A stretch of DNA of 64,000 bases from Vulcanimicrobiota bacterium (lineage in GTDB: Bacteria > Vulcanimicrobiota > Vulcanimicrobiia > Vulcanimicrobiales > Vulcanimicrobiaceae): assembly GCA_963795855.1 (NCBI GenBank), contig CAWCIZ010000001.1:32001-96000 (forward strand). Direction: 5' to 3'. Below are positions 21,647-34,940 of this stretch, one piece after another. A program made the translations under genes and the position numbers. Within the stretch, counting starts at the first letter, position 1. Each line of letters starts with the position of its first letter. The notes beneath the pieces were generated by a model. It ran no database searches. It saw only the letters and a program-made list of their open reading frames with translations, and had not been told where the DNA came from.

Positions 21647-22237
21647 ATGCCTAGTGCCAAAGTTGGCCGGAAAGAGACGGTTAGCGTCATGAGTGCCCGG
21701 TTGCCGGTAGAAAACAGCGATACCGTGAGTCTGGTTTGCGCATTGCTCGTGCGCTATCCGGAGATCGCGTCCATTCGCAGCATGCCCGGCGACGGCACCG
21801 TCCGCTTCAGTTACGCCGTCGCTTCGCGCATCGACCGCGCGACGCAGCGCGGCATCGGCGAGGAGATCGAAGCGCACGTCGACGGCTTCCTCTCGCTGGT
21901 CGGCGACCGCGGCGAGATCAAAGTCGAATGCGAGTCCGATCGCGCGCTCAGTTTCGTGCACGTCACGCGCGACTTGGAGACGTTCACCAAAGACGAACTC
22001 GCGATGCTTACCAGCTTCCTCGCCGACCGCTTCGGCAACGCGCTCGTGCGCAATCCCGTTCCCGACGAACAGGCCGACGAGGATCCCGCTTTTCAAGATG
22101 AATTGGCCGAGTCGGCGATTGAAGCGCTGCGCGATCCGGCTCAATCGAAGAGTTTGGTCGGATTCCGCGAGGAGAAGCGCGTTCTGGTATACTTTTTGAA
22201 ATCGCAGAAGAAAGCAAAGGCGTCGGCCCGCAGATAG
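21647..22237 (+). CDS. Conserved hypothetical protein
   Basis: Host-like codon usage; stop overlaps the ymdB start; start could be 21689. Confidence 0.7.
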   Translation: MPSAKVGRKETVSVMSARLPVENSDTVSLVCALLVRYPEIASIRSMPGDGTVRFSYAVASRIDRATQRGIGEEIEAHVDGFLSLVGDRGEIKVECESDRALSFVHVTRDLETFTKDELAMLTSFLADRFGNALVRNPVPDEQADEDPAFQDELAESAIEALRDPAQSKSLVGFREEKRVLVYFLKSQKKAKASARR

Positions 22238-23032
22238 TGCAGCACAGTCACCCTGCTCCTGATAGGAGACGTCGTCGGTTCGCCCGGCCGCGACACCCTC
22301 AAACGATGCGTTCCGCTCGCGCGCGATCAGTATAACGTCGACATCTGCATCGCGAACGGCGAAAACGCCGCCGGCGGCTTCGGTTTGACCGCTCAGACCG
22401 CGGACGAGATGTTTGCGACGGGCGTCGACTTCATCACCAGCGGCAATCACATTTTCGACAAGCGCGACTTCAAGCCGTATCTGGACTCGAGCGATCGCGT
22501 GATCCGCCCGGCGAACTATCCGCCGGGGGTTCCGGGCCGCGGCGTCGGCTATATCTCCGCCAACGGCTACACCGTCGGGGTGCTCAACGTGATGGGGCGA
22601 ACGTTCATGCCGCCCGTCGACGACCCGTTCCGGACGGCCGAAGTAGCCCTGGACGAGCTCGCGGACCGCACGAAGATCATCGTGGTCGACGTCCACGCCG
22701 AGGCAACCAGCGAAAAAATTGCCCTGGGCCGGTATCTTGACGGACGCGTCTCGGCAATCTACGGTACTCACACGCACGTTCAAACGGCGGACGAGCAGAT
22801 TTTGCCGGGGGGAACGGCTTACCTCACGGACGTTGGGATGACGGGCCCGACGGACGGCGTCATCGGCATGGAGACCGGACCCGTCCTGGATAGATTCACA
22901 ACCGGCTTCTCGGAACGTTTCTCGGTGCAGAAGTCGGGAACCAAACAGTTCTGTGCCGTCGTCGTAGCAATCGATGTGGAGACCGGACGCGCGACGCAAA
23001 TCAAGCGCATCTTCCAGCGAGGCATAGCATGA
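22237..23032 (+). CDS. ymdB: TIGR00282 family metallophosphoesterase YmdB (indel right after the start)
   Basis: IGDVVG, NGENAAGG, TSGNHIFD, RPANYP, DVHAEATSEK, GTHTHV, TDVGMTG. Confidence 0.93.
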
Positions 23033-23325
23033 TAGACGATCCGGCAAAACACATCGGTACGAGCGTTCTCAAAGTCTCCGCGAAGAGCAATCCGAATTCC
23101 GTTGCGGGCGCCCTGGCCGCGGTATTGCGCGAGCGCGAAACGGCGGAACTGCAGGCAGTCGGAGCGGGCGCGATCAATCAGGCGGTGAAGGCCATCGCCA
23201 TCGCGCGCAGCTACTTGAAGACGAGCCAAATCGATCTCGCGTGCGCGCCTTCCTTTATAGATGTGGAAATCAACGGGAACGAACGCACGGGGATATCGCT
23301 CGCCGTCGAACGGCGCACCCTCTAG
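23029..23325 (+). CDS. spoVS: Stage V sporulation protein S family (Alba-like)
   Basis: VLKVSAKSNPNSVAGALA...QAVGAGAINQAVKAIAIAR. Confidence 0.95.
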   Translation: MIDDPAKHIGTSVLKVSAKSNPNSVAGALAAVLRERETAELQAVGAGAINQAVKAIAIARSYLKTSQIDLACAPSFIDVEINGNERTGISLAVERRTL

Positions 23326-23331
23326 CCGCAG

Positions 23332-24138
23332 TTGCTCGTAGACTTCCACTCGCACACCTTCGAGAGCGACGGCACCCTCGCGCCTTCGGCGCTCTGCGAA
23401 CTGATGCAGAAGCGCGGCGTGCGCATTTTTTCCATTACGGATCACGACACGATCGAGGCGTATGGACGGTTTGACGTGCCCAAGCATATGCGTGCGGTCG
23501 TCGGCATCGAGATCAACACGACGTATCGAGACGGCGAGGTTCACATCCTCGGCTATCGACTGCCGACCGGCGAATCGCCGCTCACCAACGTGCTCGAACA
23601 AAACCGTGCCGCCCGGCGTGTGCGCGTGGGGCGAATCGTCGACCAATTGCGCGCGGCCGGTCACGAGATAACGATGGACGACATCCGTGCAGAGGCTCGA
23701 GAAGGTGCCTCGCTCGGTCGTCCGCACGTGGGCAAAGCGCTGATTCGCCTCGGTATTGCGCCCGACATCGAAACGGCGTTCCGCTCCTTTCTGCGGCGTG
23801 GTACGCCTGGGTACGTTCCGTCGACGCACATCACGCCGCACGAGGCGATCGACGTGATTCTCGCGTCCGGCGGCGTGCCGGTGCTCGCGCACCCCGGGCG
23901 CTTAAAAGACTATTCGATGATCGACGAACTTGCCGAACGCGGGCTGCAGGGGCTGGAAGTTTTCTATCCCACGCACGAATCGGCGCAGATTCAGCATTTC
24001 CGCGATCGCGCGCGCCGGTTGAATCTCGTTATGACCGCCGGCTCGGACTTTCACGATATCCGCTACCACAAACGCGGCGTTGGGGTCGAGGTAGACCAGG
24101 CGGACATCACGCCGTTCTTGAACCTGATTCTAAACTGA
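23332..24138 (+). CDS. PHP domain phosphoesterase (YciV/TrpH-like)
   Basis: DFHSHT..SDG, ITDHDT, VHILGY, GRPH, LAHP, GSDFH. Confidence 0.92.
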   Translation: MLVDFHSHTFESDGTLAPSALCELMQKRGVRIFSITDHDTIEAYGRFDVPKHMRAVVGIEINTTYRDGEVHILGYRLPTGESPLTNVLEQNRAARRVRVGRIVDQLRAAGHEITMDDIRAEAREGASLGRPHVGKALIRLGIAPDIETAFRSFLRRGTPGYVPSTHITPHEAIDVILASGGVPVLAHPGRLKDYSMIDELAERGLQGLEVFYPTHESAQIQHFRDRARRLNLVMTAGSDFHDIRYHKRGVGVEVDQADITPFLNLILN

Positions 24139-24155
24139 TTTTCGGAGGGTTACGG

Positions 24156-26834
24156 GTGGTGAAGCTCTTCATTCCGCTGCTTTGCGCGTGCGCTGTTGCC
24201 GCATTTGCGCAGGCGCCCGCCGCGGCGCAGCCTGCGTCGCAAGCGGACGTCACGCTTGCGAACGGATTACGGGTCGTCGTTATTCGCGATCCACTCGCGC
24301 CGGTCGTTACGACCGTGATGACGTACGGCGTCGGATCGAACGACGACACCGTTCCGGGCGTCGCGCATGCAACGGAACACATGCTCTTCCGCGGATTCGA
24401 CGGCTTGACGTCGGGCCAATTCGCCGACGTCGCCACGCGAATGGGCGGCGCCTACGACGCGCAGACGACCAACGAGTACACGCAGTACTACTTTACGGTG
24501 CCCTCGCAATACGCCGGGCTGGTTTTGCGGCTCGAAGCGATGCGCATGACCGGTGCATGGATGGCGGACGCGGAATGGGCGAACGAGCGCGGCGCGATAG
24601 AACAAGAGCTGCAAGCGCAAGAAAGCAACCCCGGTTATGCCGTGGGCATGCGCTTACGCGCGCGCATGTTCGGCGACACGCCGCTTGCGAAGGACGCGGG
24701 CGGAACGCTGCATGGCATACGTACGCTGACGGCCGCGCAAATCCGCGCGTTCTATCGCGCCTGGTACCATCCCAACAATGCGATCCTCGTCGTCGCGGGA
24801 GACGTCGTTCCCAGCGACATCGTCGCACGGGCGCAAGCGGCCTTCGGAGCGATTCCCGCTGCGCGGCTTCCCGCTCACGCGAAAATTGCGCCGAGCGCTC
24901 CCGAATCCGCTACGGTAAACGAACGAGCCGACGTTCCGCTTTCGACCGTCGCCTTCGTCTACCGTTATCCGTCGCTGGACTCGGCCGACTATGCTGCGAG
25001 TTTGGTGCTGCAGACGGCGTTGGACGATCCGCGCGGCGCCCTGACGAATTTGGCAGCGGCGGGGAAAGCGCACGGTGCGGCAATGATCGCGGGCGCGTAT
25101 CCCGAGGTCGGCTACGCCTTCGTTTCCGCCGGCGTGCCGACCGGAGCCGCCGTCGACGAGACGCAATCGCTGTTGAACGATACCGTGCAATCGTATCTGC
25201 GCGGCGGCGTACCGCCGGAATTGATCGCCGACGCGAAACGGCGTCTGAGCGCATCCCACGCCTTCGAACTCGCGTCGATTGAAGGACTTGCGTTCGCATG
25301 GGCTGACGCGATGCAGACGGGCCAGAAGTCACCTCTCGCGATCTACAATCAAATCGCGTCGGTGACCGCTGCCGACGTCGACCGCGTGCTGCATACGTAT
25401 CTAGCGCCGGAGCGGCGCATCGTCGTCGTGCTTCAGCCGAACGGTACCGTACAGCAGAGTGCGTCGACTGCCGCGCCCGTGACCGAAAACGTGGCGTACA
25501 CGGGCGGATCGCCGGAGCGCCCGCCCGGGTGGGCAATGGCGTACTTCAAAGACGCGCTGCACGCGCCTGCGCCCGTCGAGCACGCGCAGTTTTACGTTTT
25601 GCCGAACGGCATACATCTCTCCGTGCTGCCAGAACGCGCCGCGCCGGTCGTCATGCTGGCCGGCTCGATCAAGATGAATCAAACGCTGCATGCAGCCGTT
25701 TCAAAACAAGGCGTGCTCGAGATGACCTCCGCGCTTCAGGGATGGGGCGGCGGCGGATACGACCGGCGCGGATTCGCGGCAGCCGCGTCGGCGATCCCGG
25801 CGGCGGTCGTTCCAGGGAGCGCGTTTGCGTTGCGAACGGAATCGAAAAACTTCGATCGCGCGCTCGCGCTGCTTGCCGCCGTGCAACTGCATCCGGCGTT
25901 TCCGCAAGAAGGGCTGGACGTGCTGCGCAACTCGTTCGCGCAAAACCTCGCCGCCGAACAAAGCCGGCCGGACTGGACCGCGCGCCTTGCGATGGAAGCG
26001 GCGCTTTATCCGCCGGCCGATCCGGTGCGCAAACATCCGACGCCGGCGTCCGTGCGCGGACTCACGCTTGGCGACGTGCGGGCGTGGTATGCGAGTGCAT
26101 ACCGGCCGGATCTCACGACGATCGCCGTCGTCGGCGACGTTTCTCCGCAATACGTGCGGAGCGAGATTCAAAAATACTTCGGCTCGTGGCGCGCGCACGG
26201 ACCAAAACCCGACTTCCACTATCCGAACATCTCGCTGAACAAAACGGCGAACGTCGACGTGCCGTCGTCCGATGCGCGCCAAACGACCGTGCAGCTCACC
26301 GAACTGCTGCCGGTCTATCAAAAAGACAAAGACGCTTTAGCGCTCGAGCTTGCCGACACGCTGCTCACGGGCGAGGGCAGCGGTTCGCAGCTTTTCGTCG
26401 ACTTGCGCAAGAACACCGGGTACGTGTACGACGTCTTCTCGACGCTGGACATCGGCAAGGTGCGCTCGACGTACCAGTTCACCTTTGCTTCGGATCCGAA
26501 AAACGCGCAAGCGGCGACTGCGCGGCTCTTGGCGGACCTGCACCACTTGCAGACGAGTTTGATCGGTGAAGACGAACTGACGCGCGCCAAAGAAACGATT
26601 CTTGCGGACAGCGTTCTGCCGCTCGCGTCGTACTCGAGTATCGTGGAACAGCTGCTCAGTGCGGCGTCGGGGACGCGAACCGCTGCAACCGGCAGCTACG
26701 CCAAGACGTCCGCATGGCAAGCGCTGCTCTCGCTCACACCGCAGCAGACTTCGAGCGGCCGCCGCAAAGTGGATTCGCGCAAACGGCTTCGTTCGCGTGA
26801 CGATCTCTCCGGCCGGAAGGACGGCGATTCTTAA
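24156..26834 (+). CDS. Exported M16 family zinc peptidase (two-lobed); C-terminal indel likely
   Basis: Signal peptide, TLANGLRVV, GVAHATEHM (HxxEH), WYHPNNA, second LPNG and YRPD lobe. Confidence 0.9.
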   Translation: MVKLFIPLLCACAVAAFAQAPAAAQPASQADVTLANGLRVVVIRDPLAPVVTTVMTYGVGSNDDTVPGVAHATEHMLFRGFDGLTSGQFADVATRMGGAYDAQTTNEYTQYYFTVPSQYAGLVLRLEAMRMTGAWMADAEWANERGAIEQELQAQESNPGYAVGMRLRARMFGDTPLAKDAGGTLHGIRTLTAAQIRAFYRAWYHPNNAILVVAGDVVPSDIVARAQAAFGAIPAARLPAHAKIAPSAPESATVNERADVPLSTVAFVYRYPSLDSADYAASLVLQTALDDPRGALTNLAAAGKAHGAAMIAGAYPEVGYAFVSAGVPTGAAVDETQSLLNDTVQSYLRGGVPPELIADAKRRLSASHAFELASIEGLAFAWADAMQTGQKSPLAIYNQIASVTAADVDRVLHTYLAPERRIVVVLQPNGTVQQSASTAAPVTENVAYTGGSPERPPGWAMAYFKDALHAPAPVEHAQFYVLPNGIHLSVLPERAAPVVMLAGSIKMNQTLHAAVSKQGVLEMTSALQGWGGGGYDRRGFAAAASAIPAAVVPGSAFALRTESKNFDRALALLAAVQLHPAFPQEGLDVLRNSFAQNLAAEQSRPDWTARLAMEAALYPPADPVRKHPTPASVRGLTLGDVRAWYASAYRPDLTTIAVVGDVSPQYVRSEIQKYFGSWRAHGPKPDFHYPNISLNKTANVDVPSSDARQTTVQLTELLPVYQKDKDALALELADTLLTGEGSGSQLFVDLRKNTGYVYDVFSTLDIGKVRSTYQFTFASDPKNAQAATARLLADLHHLQTSLIGEDELTRAKETILADSVLPLASYSSIVEQLLSAASGTRTAATGSYAKTSAWQALLSLTPQQTSSGRRKVDSRKRLRSRDDLSGRKDGDS

Positions 26835-26882
26835 CCGAAGACCCTAGGCCGCCTGCTGGGCAGGCAGGAATATCTTCGGGTT

Positions 26883-29800
26883 GTGAATCGGACCATCGAG
26901 CGCAAACGGGTCCGCAGCCGTATCTGGGACGCATTAACGTACCGGGTGACTGTCCTGCGCGCGCCCGCAGGCTTCGGTAAGTCGACGGCGCTGCAGGATG
27001 CGATCGACCATTTCGACCGCGCGCCGGTGGTTCGCTACACGCTCGGCGCCAACGTCGATTCCGCATGGACGTTCGTGCGCGGTCTTGCGAGCGCACTTCA
27101 GAACGTCAGCCCGTCGGTGCGACTCTCGCTCGCGGGCGCGTGGGAGCGCGCCGCCGACTCGCCGGTGCCGGAAGAGCATCTCGCGCGCTGGCTCTACGCG
27201 CACGTCGGCGCGGCGCCGCTGACGATCGTCGTCGATCAGCTTCATCACGCCGCGGCGAACGCGTTCATGGAACGGCTGCTTGCGCGCCTCGTCGATTTAT
27301 GTCCGCCGGAGGTTCGGTGGGTGTACAGCTTGCGCACGGACGCGGATCTGCCCATTCCGCGGTGGCTCGCGGACGGCACGATGGCGCTGCCGATCGATTC
27401 CGAAGTGTTGCGGTTCAACGATGCGGAGATCGCGCTCGCCGCCTCGCAATGCGGACGATCGTTCTCCGACGCGCAAGTCGCCGAAATCGCGCGACGGACG
27501 GCGGGGTGGCCGATGGGCGTGATGTTCGCGCTGCGCGACACCACGGGCGCTCGTGCGCTGATGGGCTCGGGCACCGGCTCGTACGCCGTGCTCGCCGAAT
27601 CGATTTTCCACGATCGCACGGAACGCGAACGCGAATTTCTGCTCGTCACCAGTCTGCTGCCGCAGCTCGACGTCGCGTTGTGCCGTGCCGCCGGATTCGG
27701 CGACGCACCGCAATTGCTTAAAGCGATGGAACGGGATGCGGGGTTTATCTTCGCTGCCAACGCGGATGCGCCGCAATATCACGACAGCCTGGCCGGCTAT
27801 CTTCAAGGCATTCTGCGATCGCGTGGAGCGATGCACTTCGATGCGGTTCTGGCGATCGCGGCGTCCGCTCTGGAAGAGCTGGGACGCTTGGACGAAGCGC
27901 TGAATCTGGTCACGAAATATGAATTGCGTTCGGAGATCGCGCGCCTGCTGGACCGGTACGGCCTGCGCATGATGCAGAACGGCGACGGGCAAACGCTTCA
28001 AACCGCGCTGGCTTTGCTCGGCGAACCGGCGGATGGCTGGAGCGGTCAAACGCTCGCGCTCAAATCCATCGTGGAATCGCGCGCCGGAAAATTCGACACG
28101 TCGGATGCGTGGATGCGATCCGCGCTCGAGCAAACAGAAAATCCGCTGCGCGCGGAGATCGCCTACCGCTGCGCATCCGAAATGCTGCAGCGCCGCAGGG
28201 CTACCGCAATAGAACTGCTCGAACCGTATTCTGCCGACGCGCAAGCACCGCTCAAAACGCGCGTTTCGATTCTCTCGGCTCTGGGCTCTGCCTACATGCA
28301 AGCCGGAGATTCTGCGCGCGCACGGGCGTGCATCAAAGATGCGCTCGCGTTGGGCGAAAAGGTCGACGATCCGAGCGTACTCGTGCCGCTCGACGTGCGC
28401 GGTGCCTACGTGCTGCTGTATTCGGGCGATCGCGACGCAGCCAAAGATCTCGCGCTGCGCGGCGCGCAGCTCGCTACGCAGTCCGCGCAATTTCAAATGG
28501 CGTGCGCGGCATACAGCACGCTCTACGCCGCCGCGGCCGACGAAGACGAACCGCTGCAGTGCCTGCAGTACCTTTCGCAGACTGGCCGATAACGCCGCAA
28601 AGTCCGGCAACCCGCGCATGCAGCTCTACGCGTTGATGACGCGCTTCGAACTGGAGACTGAATCGGGCGACCTGGAAGCGATCGCCGAAGTGCGCAAAGG
28701 GTTGCAATTCTTCGACGTGCATTACGAAGAACTCGACACGAGCGAAACGGTTTTGCCCTCGCACGCGCTGGAGCTGGCCTGGGAACGCCGCTTCGACGAA
28801 GCATACCGGCTGCTGCTCGCGAGCGCAGAGCACCAGATCGAACCGGATCGCGCGGCGCTCCGCTGGGCGGAAGTCGCGCTCTACGCTTCGGCGTGCGGCG
28901 CTCGAGCCGATGCGCGCAAAGCGCTTTCCGCCGTGCGGCGCGCGCTGGCCAATCAATCCGGCAAATCGGTGCGCGCGTATCGCGCACAGGTGCTCGCGGC
29001 GGTTGCGCTGGCAGTGCTCGGCAGGCGCAGGATTTCCCGCGCGCTGTTGGAGTCGCTCGAATCGACCGCGCCGTCTTCGCGATTGCGCGCGTTGCTCGGA
29101 GCCGCGCGGGAACTGGAACGCGCGCTCGCCGGCGGCCGCAATGCGCGGGTGTTGGATGACGCGATGAACGCGCTGCGAAGCCACGAATCCGGCGGCATCG
29201 CGCGAGCATTGCTTGCTTTGCCGAGAACGCAGCGGCGCAACGCCGTTGCCGCGGCCGGTGCTCTCCAAAACGATATCGACGAGTTCAGCGAGGTGCTGCT
29301 GCAAAAAGCGACGCTCGAAGAAGACCGCAGCGTGGAGGTGGACACGGGCGTTCGCGTCCTCGCCGAACGGCTCTGCGAATTTCTCGACGAAGCGAATGCG
29401 CGGTCGCTGCGAACCTGGATGGATGCGTTCGTGGAGCGATACCGCAACGCCGAATCGATTCGCACCGTCGTATCGCTTGCGCCCAGCGCACTGCAAGAGT
29501 TTCTCGCGGTGCGGCGCGTCGAGCCGGCGCAGGCCGACGTGCTCGCGGCGATGGACGGCGTCGTTCAGGCGACGATGCAGCGCTACCAACGCTTAGCCGC
29601 TCCGGCCAGGGTCGAACTGGTGGATGAGATCGACGCAGCGATCAACGCGCTCATCGCTCGGCTGGACGCTGCCGACCCGTTGACCGGCGAACATTCGCGC
29701 GCGGTTGCGTCGTGGTGTTCGCGCCTCGCGCGCAAATTGGGCCTCGGACACGACGAGATCGTGCTCGCGTCTCGGAGCGGCCTGATTCACGACGTCGGCA

Positions 29801-30180
29801 AGACGTTCACGCCGATCGAAGTGCTGTGCGCGCCGCGGTCTCTGACGGCCGAGGAGTGGGAAGTGATGCGAGCGCATGCGGCGGTGGGCGAAGAGATCGT
29901 GCTCGCGAACGCCACGCTCGCGCATCTGGCGCCGGCGGTTCGCAGTCACCACGAGCGCCTCGATGGCCGCGGCTACCCCGACGGAACCGCCGGGTCCAAG
30001 ATCCCCTTCATGGCGCGCCTGGTGGCGGTAGCGGACTGCTTCAATGCCATGATCGGCCGGCGCCCCTATCGCCGGCCGATGCCGCCGTCCATTGCCCTAA
30101 TGGAGATCGAGCGTCATCGCGGCACCCAATTCGATCCCGAGATAGCGGACGCACTCATCCAGGTCGTGCGCGGAGCCTAG
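26883..30180 (+). CDS. MalT-like NTPase/TPR protein fused to an HD-GYP phosphodiesterase domain; indel near 28580
   Basis: LRAPAGFGKS, VDQLH, LRF...E, T.GWP, YHD.L; C-terminal HSRAV, IHDVGK, HHERLDGRGYP, VADCFNAM, GTQFDP. Confidence 0.82.
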
Positions 30181-30281
30181 CCGCCAAAAAGGCGCCTAAT
30201 GGCCCATGCCTTAGGCAGGCAGGTGCACTATAGTGTTAAGGGATAGCCTGCTTTCCGTAAGCAGGCATTGGGGGAGCCTTA

Positions 30282-31563
30282 ATGAGACGTGTTTATATGC
30301 GCCCGCTTGCAGGCATTGCGCTGCTTGCTTTGCTGTGCGCCTGCGGATCGCCGAGCGGAACCTTACCCTCGACGCGCGACATTTCGCCGCAGACCGCGCA
30401 CGCGATTCCGATCGGAACGCCGACGCCTTCGCCCGCGCCGCTGCTGGGCGGATTGCTGAGCCCGGTGCTGACGCTGGCGACGAGTTTGCTGCCGGTGTGC
30501 TCGATCGTGAACTTCTCGCAAGCGGAGTGCGGTGCGGTGCGCAACTTGCAGGTGACGGGCATCCTGGACGGGCTGCTGGGCCTGCTGGGCGTGATCCAAG
30601 GCTACCATCCAGCCGACATTCAGAGAGCCTACGGCTTCCCGTCGAGCAGCGCCGGACACGGCCAGACCATCGGCCTCGTGGTCGCGTACGACGATCCGAA
30701 AGCCGAGTCGGACCTTGCCGTGTACCGCTCCCGCTTCAAGCTGGCACGTGTTCGACGTCGAACGGATGCTTCCGGAAAATTGCGGAACAGGGCGCGTCCT
30801 CACTGCCCGCCGGCGACCAGTCGTGGGCGCAAGAGACGTCTATCGACCTCGACATGGCGTCTGCCGTTTGCCCGCATTGCAACCTGCTGCTGGTGGAAGC
30901 GAGTCCGCAGACGTGAGCGATTTGATGGCCGCAATTCAAACGGCGATTGCAAACGGCGCGACGGTCGTGAGCAATAGCTACGCAGCCGTCGAGCAGCCCT
31001 CGCTCATCGCCTACGACTCGCAATTGAATCATCCGGGCATTCCGATCGTTGCAGGCGCCGGCGACAGCGGCTTCGGCGTCGGCTGGCCCGCGTCGTCGTC
31101 ATACGTGACGGCGGTCGGCGGAACGTCGCTCAAACGCGCGTGGAATTCGCGCGGTTTCAACGACACCGTGTGGGATGCGACGGGCAGCGGATGCAGCGCG
31201 TACATCGCCAAGCCCGCATGGCAGAAGGACGCGCAATGCGGAATGCGTACGGTGGCCGACGTCGCGGCGGTCGCGGATCCGTACACGGGCGTCTCGGTCT
31301 ACGATACGTACTTGAACGGCGGCGGTTGGCTCGAGTTCGGCGGAACGAGCGTTGCCGCGCCGATTATCGCCGGAGCATACGCACTAGCGGGGAACGGCCG
31401 AAGCATCGCCGGAGCTTCGTACATCTACGCGCATGCGTCTTCGCTCACCGACGTAACGAGCGGTTCGAATGGTTCGTGCGACGTTACCTATCTCTGCAAT
31501 GCGGGCAGCGGGTACGACGGGCCTTCCGGGCTCGGCGTTCCGAAGGGCGTAGGCGCGTTCTAA
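30282..31563 (+). CDS. Sedolisin/kumamolisin-like S53 (subtilase-fold) lipoprotein peptidase; two indels (about 30745 and 30910)
   Basis: LCAC lipobox; QETSIDLD (ExxxD), GAGDSG, VTAVGGTS, FGGTSVAAP, GYDGPSGLG. Confidence 0.85.
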
Positions 31564-32144
31564 CGCGCCAGTTCACCTAGCGAGGACCGAACGCGATCGA
31601 GCAGCTCGCCGGCTTCACGCCGCAGCTGTTCGATCGCTGTACGCTGCGCGGAAACCGTTGCCGCGTCGTCCATGTACTTGTGATTGATGCGCACGTTGTA
31701 AGTGCAAGCGCAAAGCGCAGCGTGTGCGAACTCCGCCGCACATCCGAGATCGCTGATCAGGTTCGCGTTGTTCAGTTCGAGCGCGTCCACCGTCAACGCC
31801 AGCACGTCGAGCGAAGCACGAGCGCCTTCCAGCGGCACCGCGGCGGCATCGTGCAGCGCGCGCTGCATCGCGTCCATGTCGCCCTTGGCCGCTACGACCG
31901 CGTCGAAGGCCCGTTCGTCCCGTTCTTTACGACTTAAGAACTCTTTGCGCATGCGGTCCGCTTGGTTTACGATGCGGTCGGTGAGCGCGCGTTTGGGCTC
32001 GTATTTGGGGCGGGACGCGCAGATGCGACCGACCATCGCCACGAGCGCGCAAGCGGCGGCGCCGACGGCCATCGCGGCGCTTCCACCGCCCGGCGCGGGA
32101 CGAGAGGATGCGAGATTTGTCAGATATGCTTCGATCGATTCCAC
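31560..32144 (-). CDS. Formiminotetrahydrofolate cyclodeaminase/cyclohydrolase family protein
   Basis: LASSRPAPGGGSAA, D..AF..V, A.VPL, N.NLISD, NVRIN. Confidence 0.88.
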   Translation of the reverse strand: MESIEAYLTNLASSRPAPGGGSAAMAVGAAACALVAMVGRICASRPKYEPKRALTDRIVNQADRMRKEFLSRKERDERAFDAVVAAKGDMDAMQRALHDAAAVPLEGARASLDVLALTVDALELNNANLISDLGCAAEFAHAALCACTYNVRINHKYMDDAATVSAQRTAIEQLRREAGELLDRVRSSLGELAR

Positions 32145-32206
32145 GCAGCGGTGCTTTAGGTGGCGGGGTTGGCAAGTCTTGTAGCAGAATAGGCCGAGGT
32201 TCCTAA

Positions 32207-33608
<1,402 letters not shown>

Positions 33609-33612
33609 TAAC

Positions 33613-34836
33613 ATGGCATACCGGCGGCTCTTTACCAGCGAATCCGTGACCGAGGGACATCCCGACAAGGTCGCCGATCAAATCTCCGACGCGGTTTTGG
33701 ATGCGATTCTGAAGGACGATCCGAACGGGCGCGTCGCGTGCGAAACGTTCGCGATAACCGGTCAGATTCACATCGCGGGCGAAATCACCACGACGACGTA
33801 CATCGACATTCCGCGCATCGTGCGCCAAGTTATCACGGATATCGGATATACGAAGTCCGCCGTCGGATTCGATGCAGATACGTGCGGCGTGAGCGTTTCT
33901 ATCGACGAGCAGTCGCCGGACATCGCGATGGGCGTCGACAAATCGCTCGAGGCGAAGACCGGCGAGCATCCCGACGATCTGTGGGATCGCATCGGCGCGG
34001 GCGATCAAGGGATGATGTTCGGGTACGCATGCCGCGATACCGAAGAACTCATGCCGCTGCCGATCGTGCTCGCGCACAACCTTACGCGTCACCTCGCCGC
34101 GGTTCGTAAGAACGGCGACATTCCGTATCTGCGGCCCGACGGCAAATCGCAAGTGACGGTTGAGTACGAGGGAGACAAACCGGTTCGCGTCGACGCCGTC
34201 GTCATCTCGACGCAGCACGATCCGGACATTCCGCTGGAAACGATTCGTACGGAAATCACCGAGAAGGTCATCAACCACGTTATTCCGACCTCGCTGCGCG
34301 ACGCGGAAACGCGCGTGTACGTGAATCCGACCGGCCGGTTCGTGATCGGCGGACCGAAGGGCGACGCCGGTCTGACCGGACGCAAGATCATCGCGGATAC
34401 GTACGGCGGTATGGCACGGCACGGCGGTGGTGCGTTCTCCGGAAAAGATCCGACCAAGGTCGATCGGTCGGCCGCGTACGCCGCGCGTCACGTTGCGAAA
34501 AACGTCGTTGCGGCGGGGCTTGCGGATCGTTGCGAAGTTCAGGTTGCGTATGCAATCGGCGTCGCGCATCCGATGAGCGTGCTCGTCGAAACGTTCGGCA
34601 CCGGTAAGTTACCGGAATCCGAAATTGCGCACTTGGTGAAGACGACGTTCGATCTGCGTCCGGCGGCTATCATTCACAATTTGGATCTGCGCCGCCCGAT
34701 TTATCGGCAAACCGCAGCGTACGGGCACTTCGGACGGCCGGACCTGGACCTGCCGTGGGAGCGCCTGGACAAGGTCGAGGCGCTGCGCGAGGCGGCCAGC
34801 CAAAACCTGAAGGTTCCGGACTTCGCGAAACCGTAA
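33613..34836 (+). CDS. metK: S-adenosylmethionine synthetase
   Basis: [49 protein letters not shown]. Confidence 0.98.
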   Translation: MAYRRLFTSESVTEGHPDKVADQISDAVLDAILKDDPNGRVACETFAITGQIHIAGEITTTTYIDIPRIVRQVITDIGYTKSAVGFDADTCGVSVSIDEQSPDIAMGVDKSLEAKTGEHPDDLWDRIGAGDQGMMFGYACRDTEELMPLPIVLAHNLTRHLAAVRKNGDIPYLRPDGKSQVTVEYEGDKPVRVDAVVISTQHDPDIPLETIRTEITEKVINHVIPTSLRDAETRVYVNPTGRFVIGGPKGDAGLTGRKIIADTYGGMARHGGGAFSGKDPTKVDRSAAYAARHVAKNVVAAGLADRCEVQVAYAIGVAHPMSVLVETFGTGKLPESEIAHLVKTTFDLRPAAIIHNLDLRRPIYRQTAAYGHFGRPDLDLPWERLDKVEALREAASQNLKVPDFAKP

Positions 34837-34856
34837 GCGGCTAGCGCTCGAATGCG

Positions 34857-34888
34857 AACGGGCCCATGCGAACGCATGAGGCCCGTTT
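34857..34888 (+). terminator. Hairpin after metK
   Basis: aacgggcc-catgcg-aa-cgcatg-a-ggcccgtt followed by tgtcgttt. Confidence 0.6.
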
Positions 34889-34940
34889 GTCGTTTAGGGG
34901 GTAGAGAATTCACGAACCGCTTCAGAACCAAGGAGAATCC

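Noticed and set aside
23029..23325. spoVS as evidence of sporulation
   Set aside because: SpoVS occurs in many non-sporulating phyla; no other sporulation genes in the window
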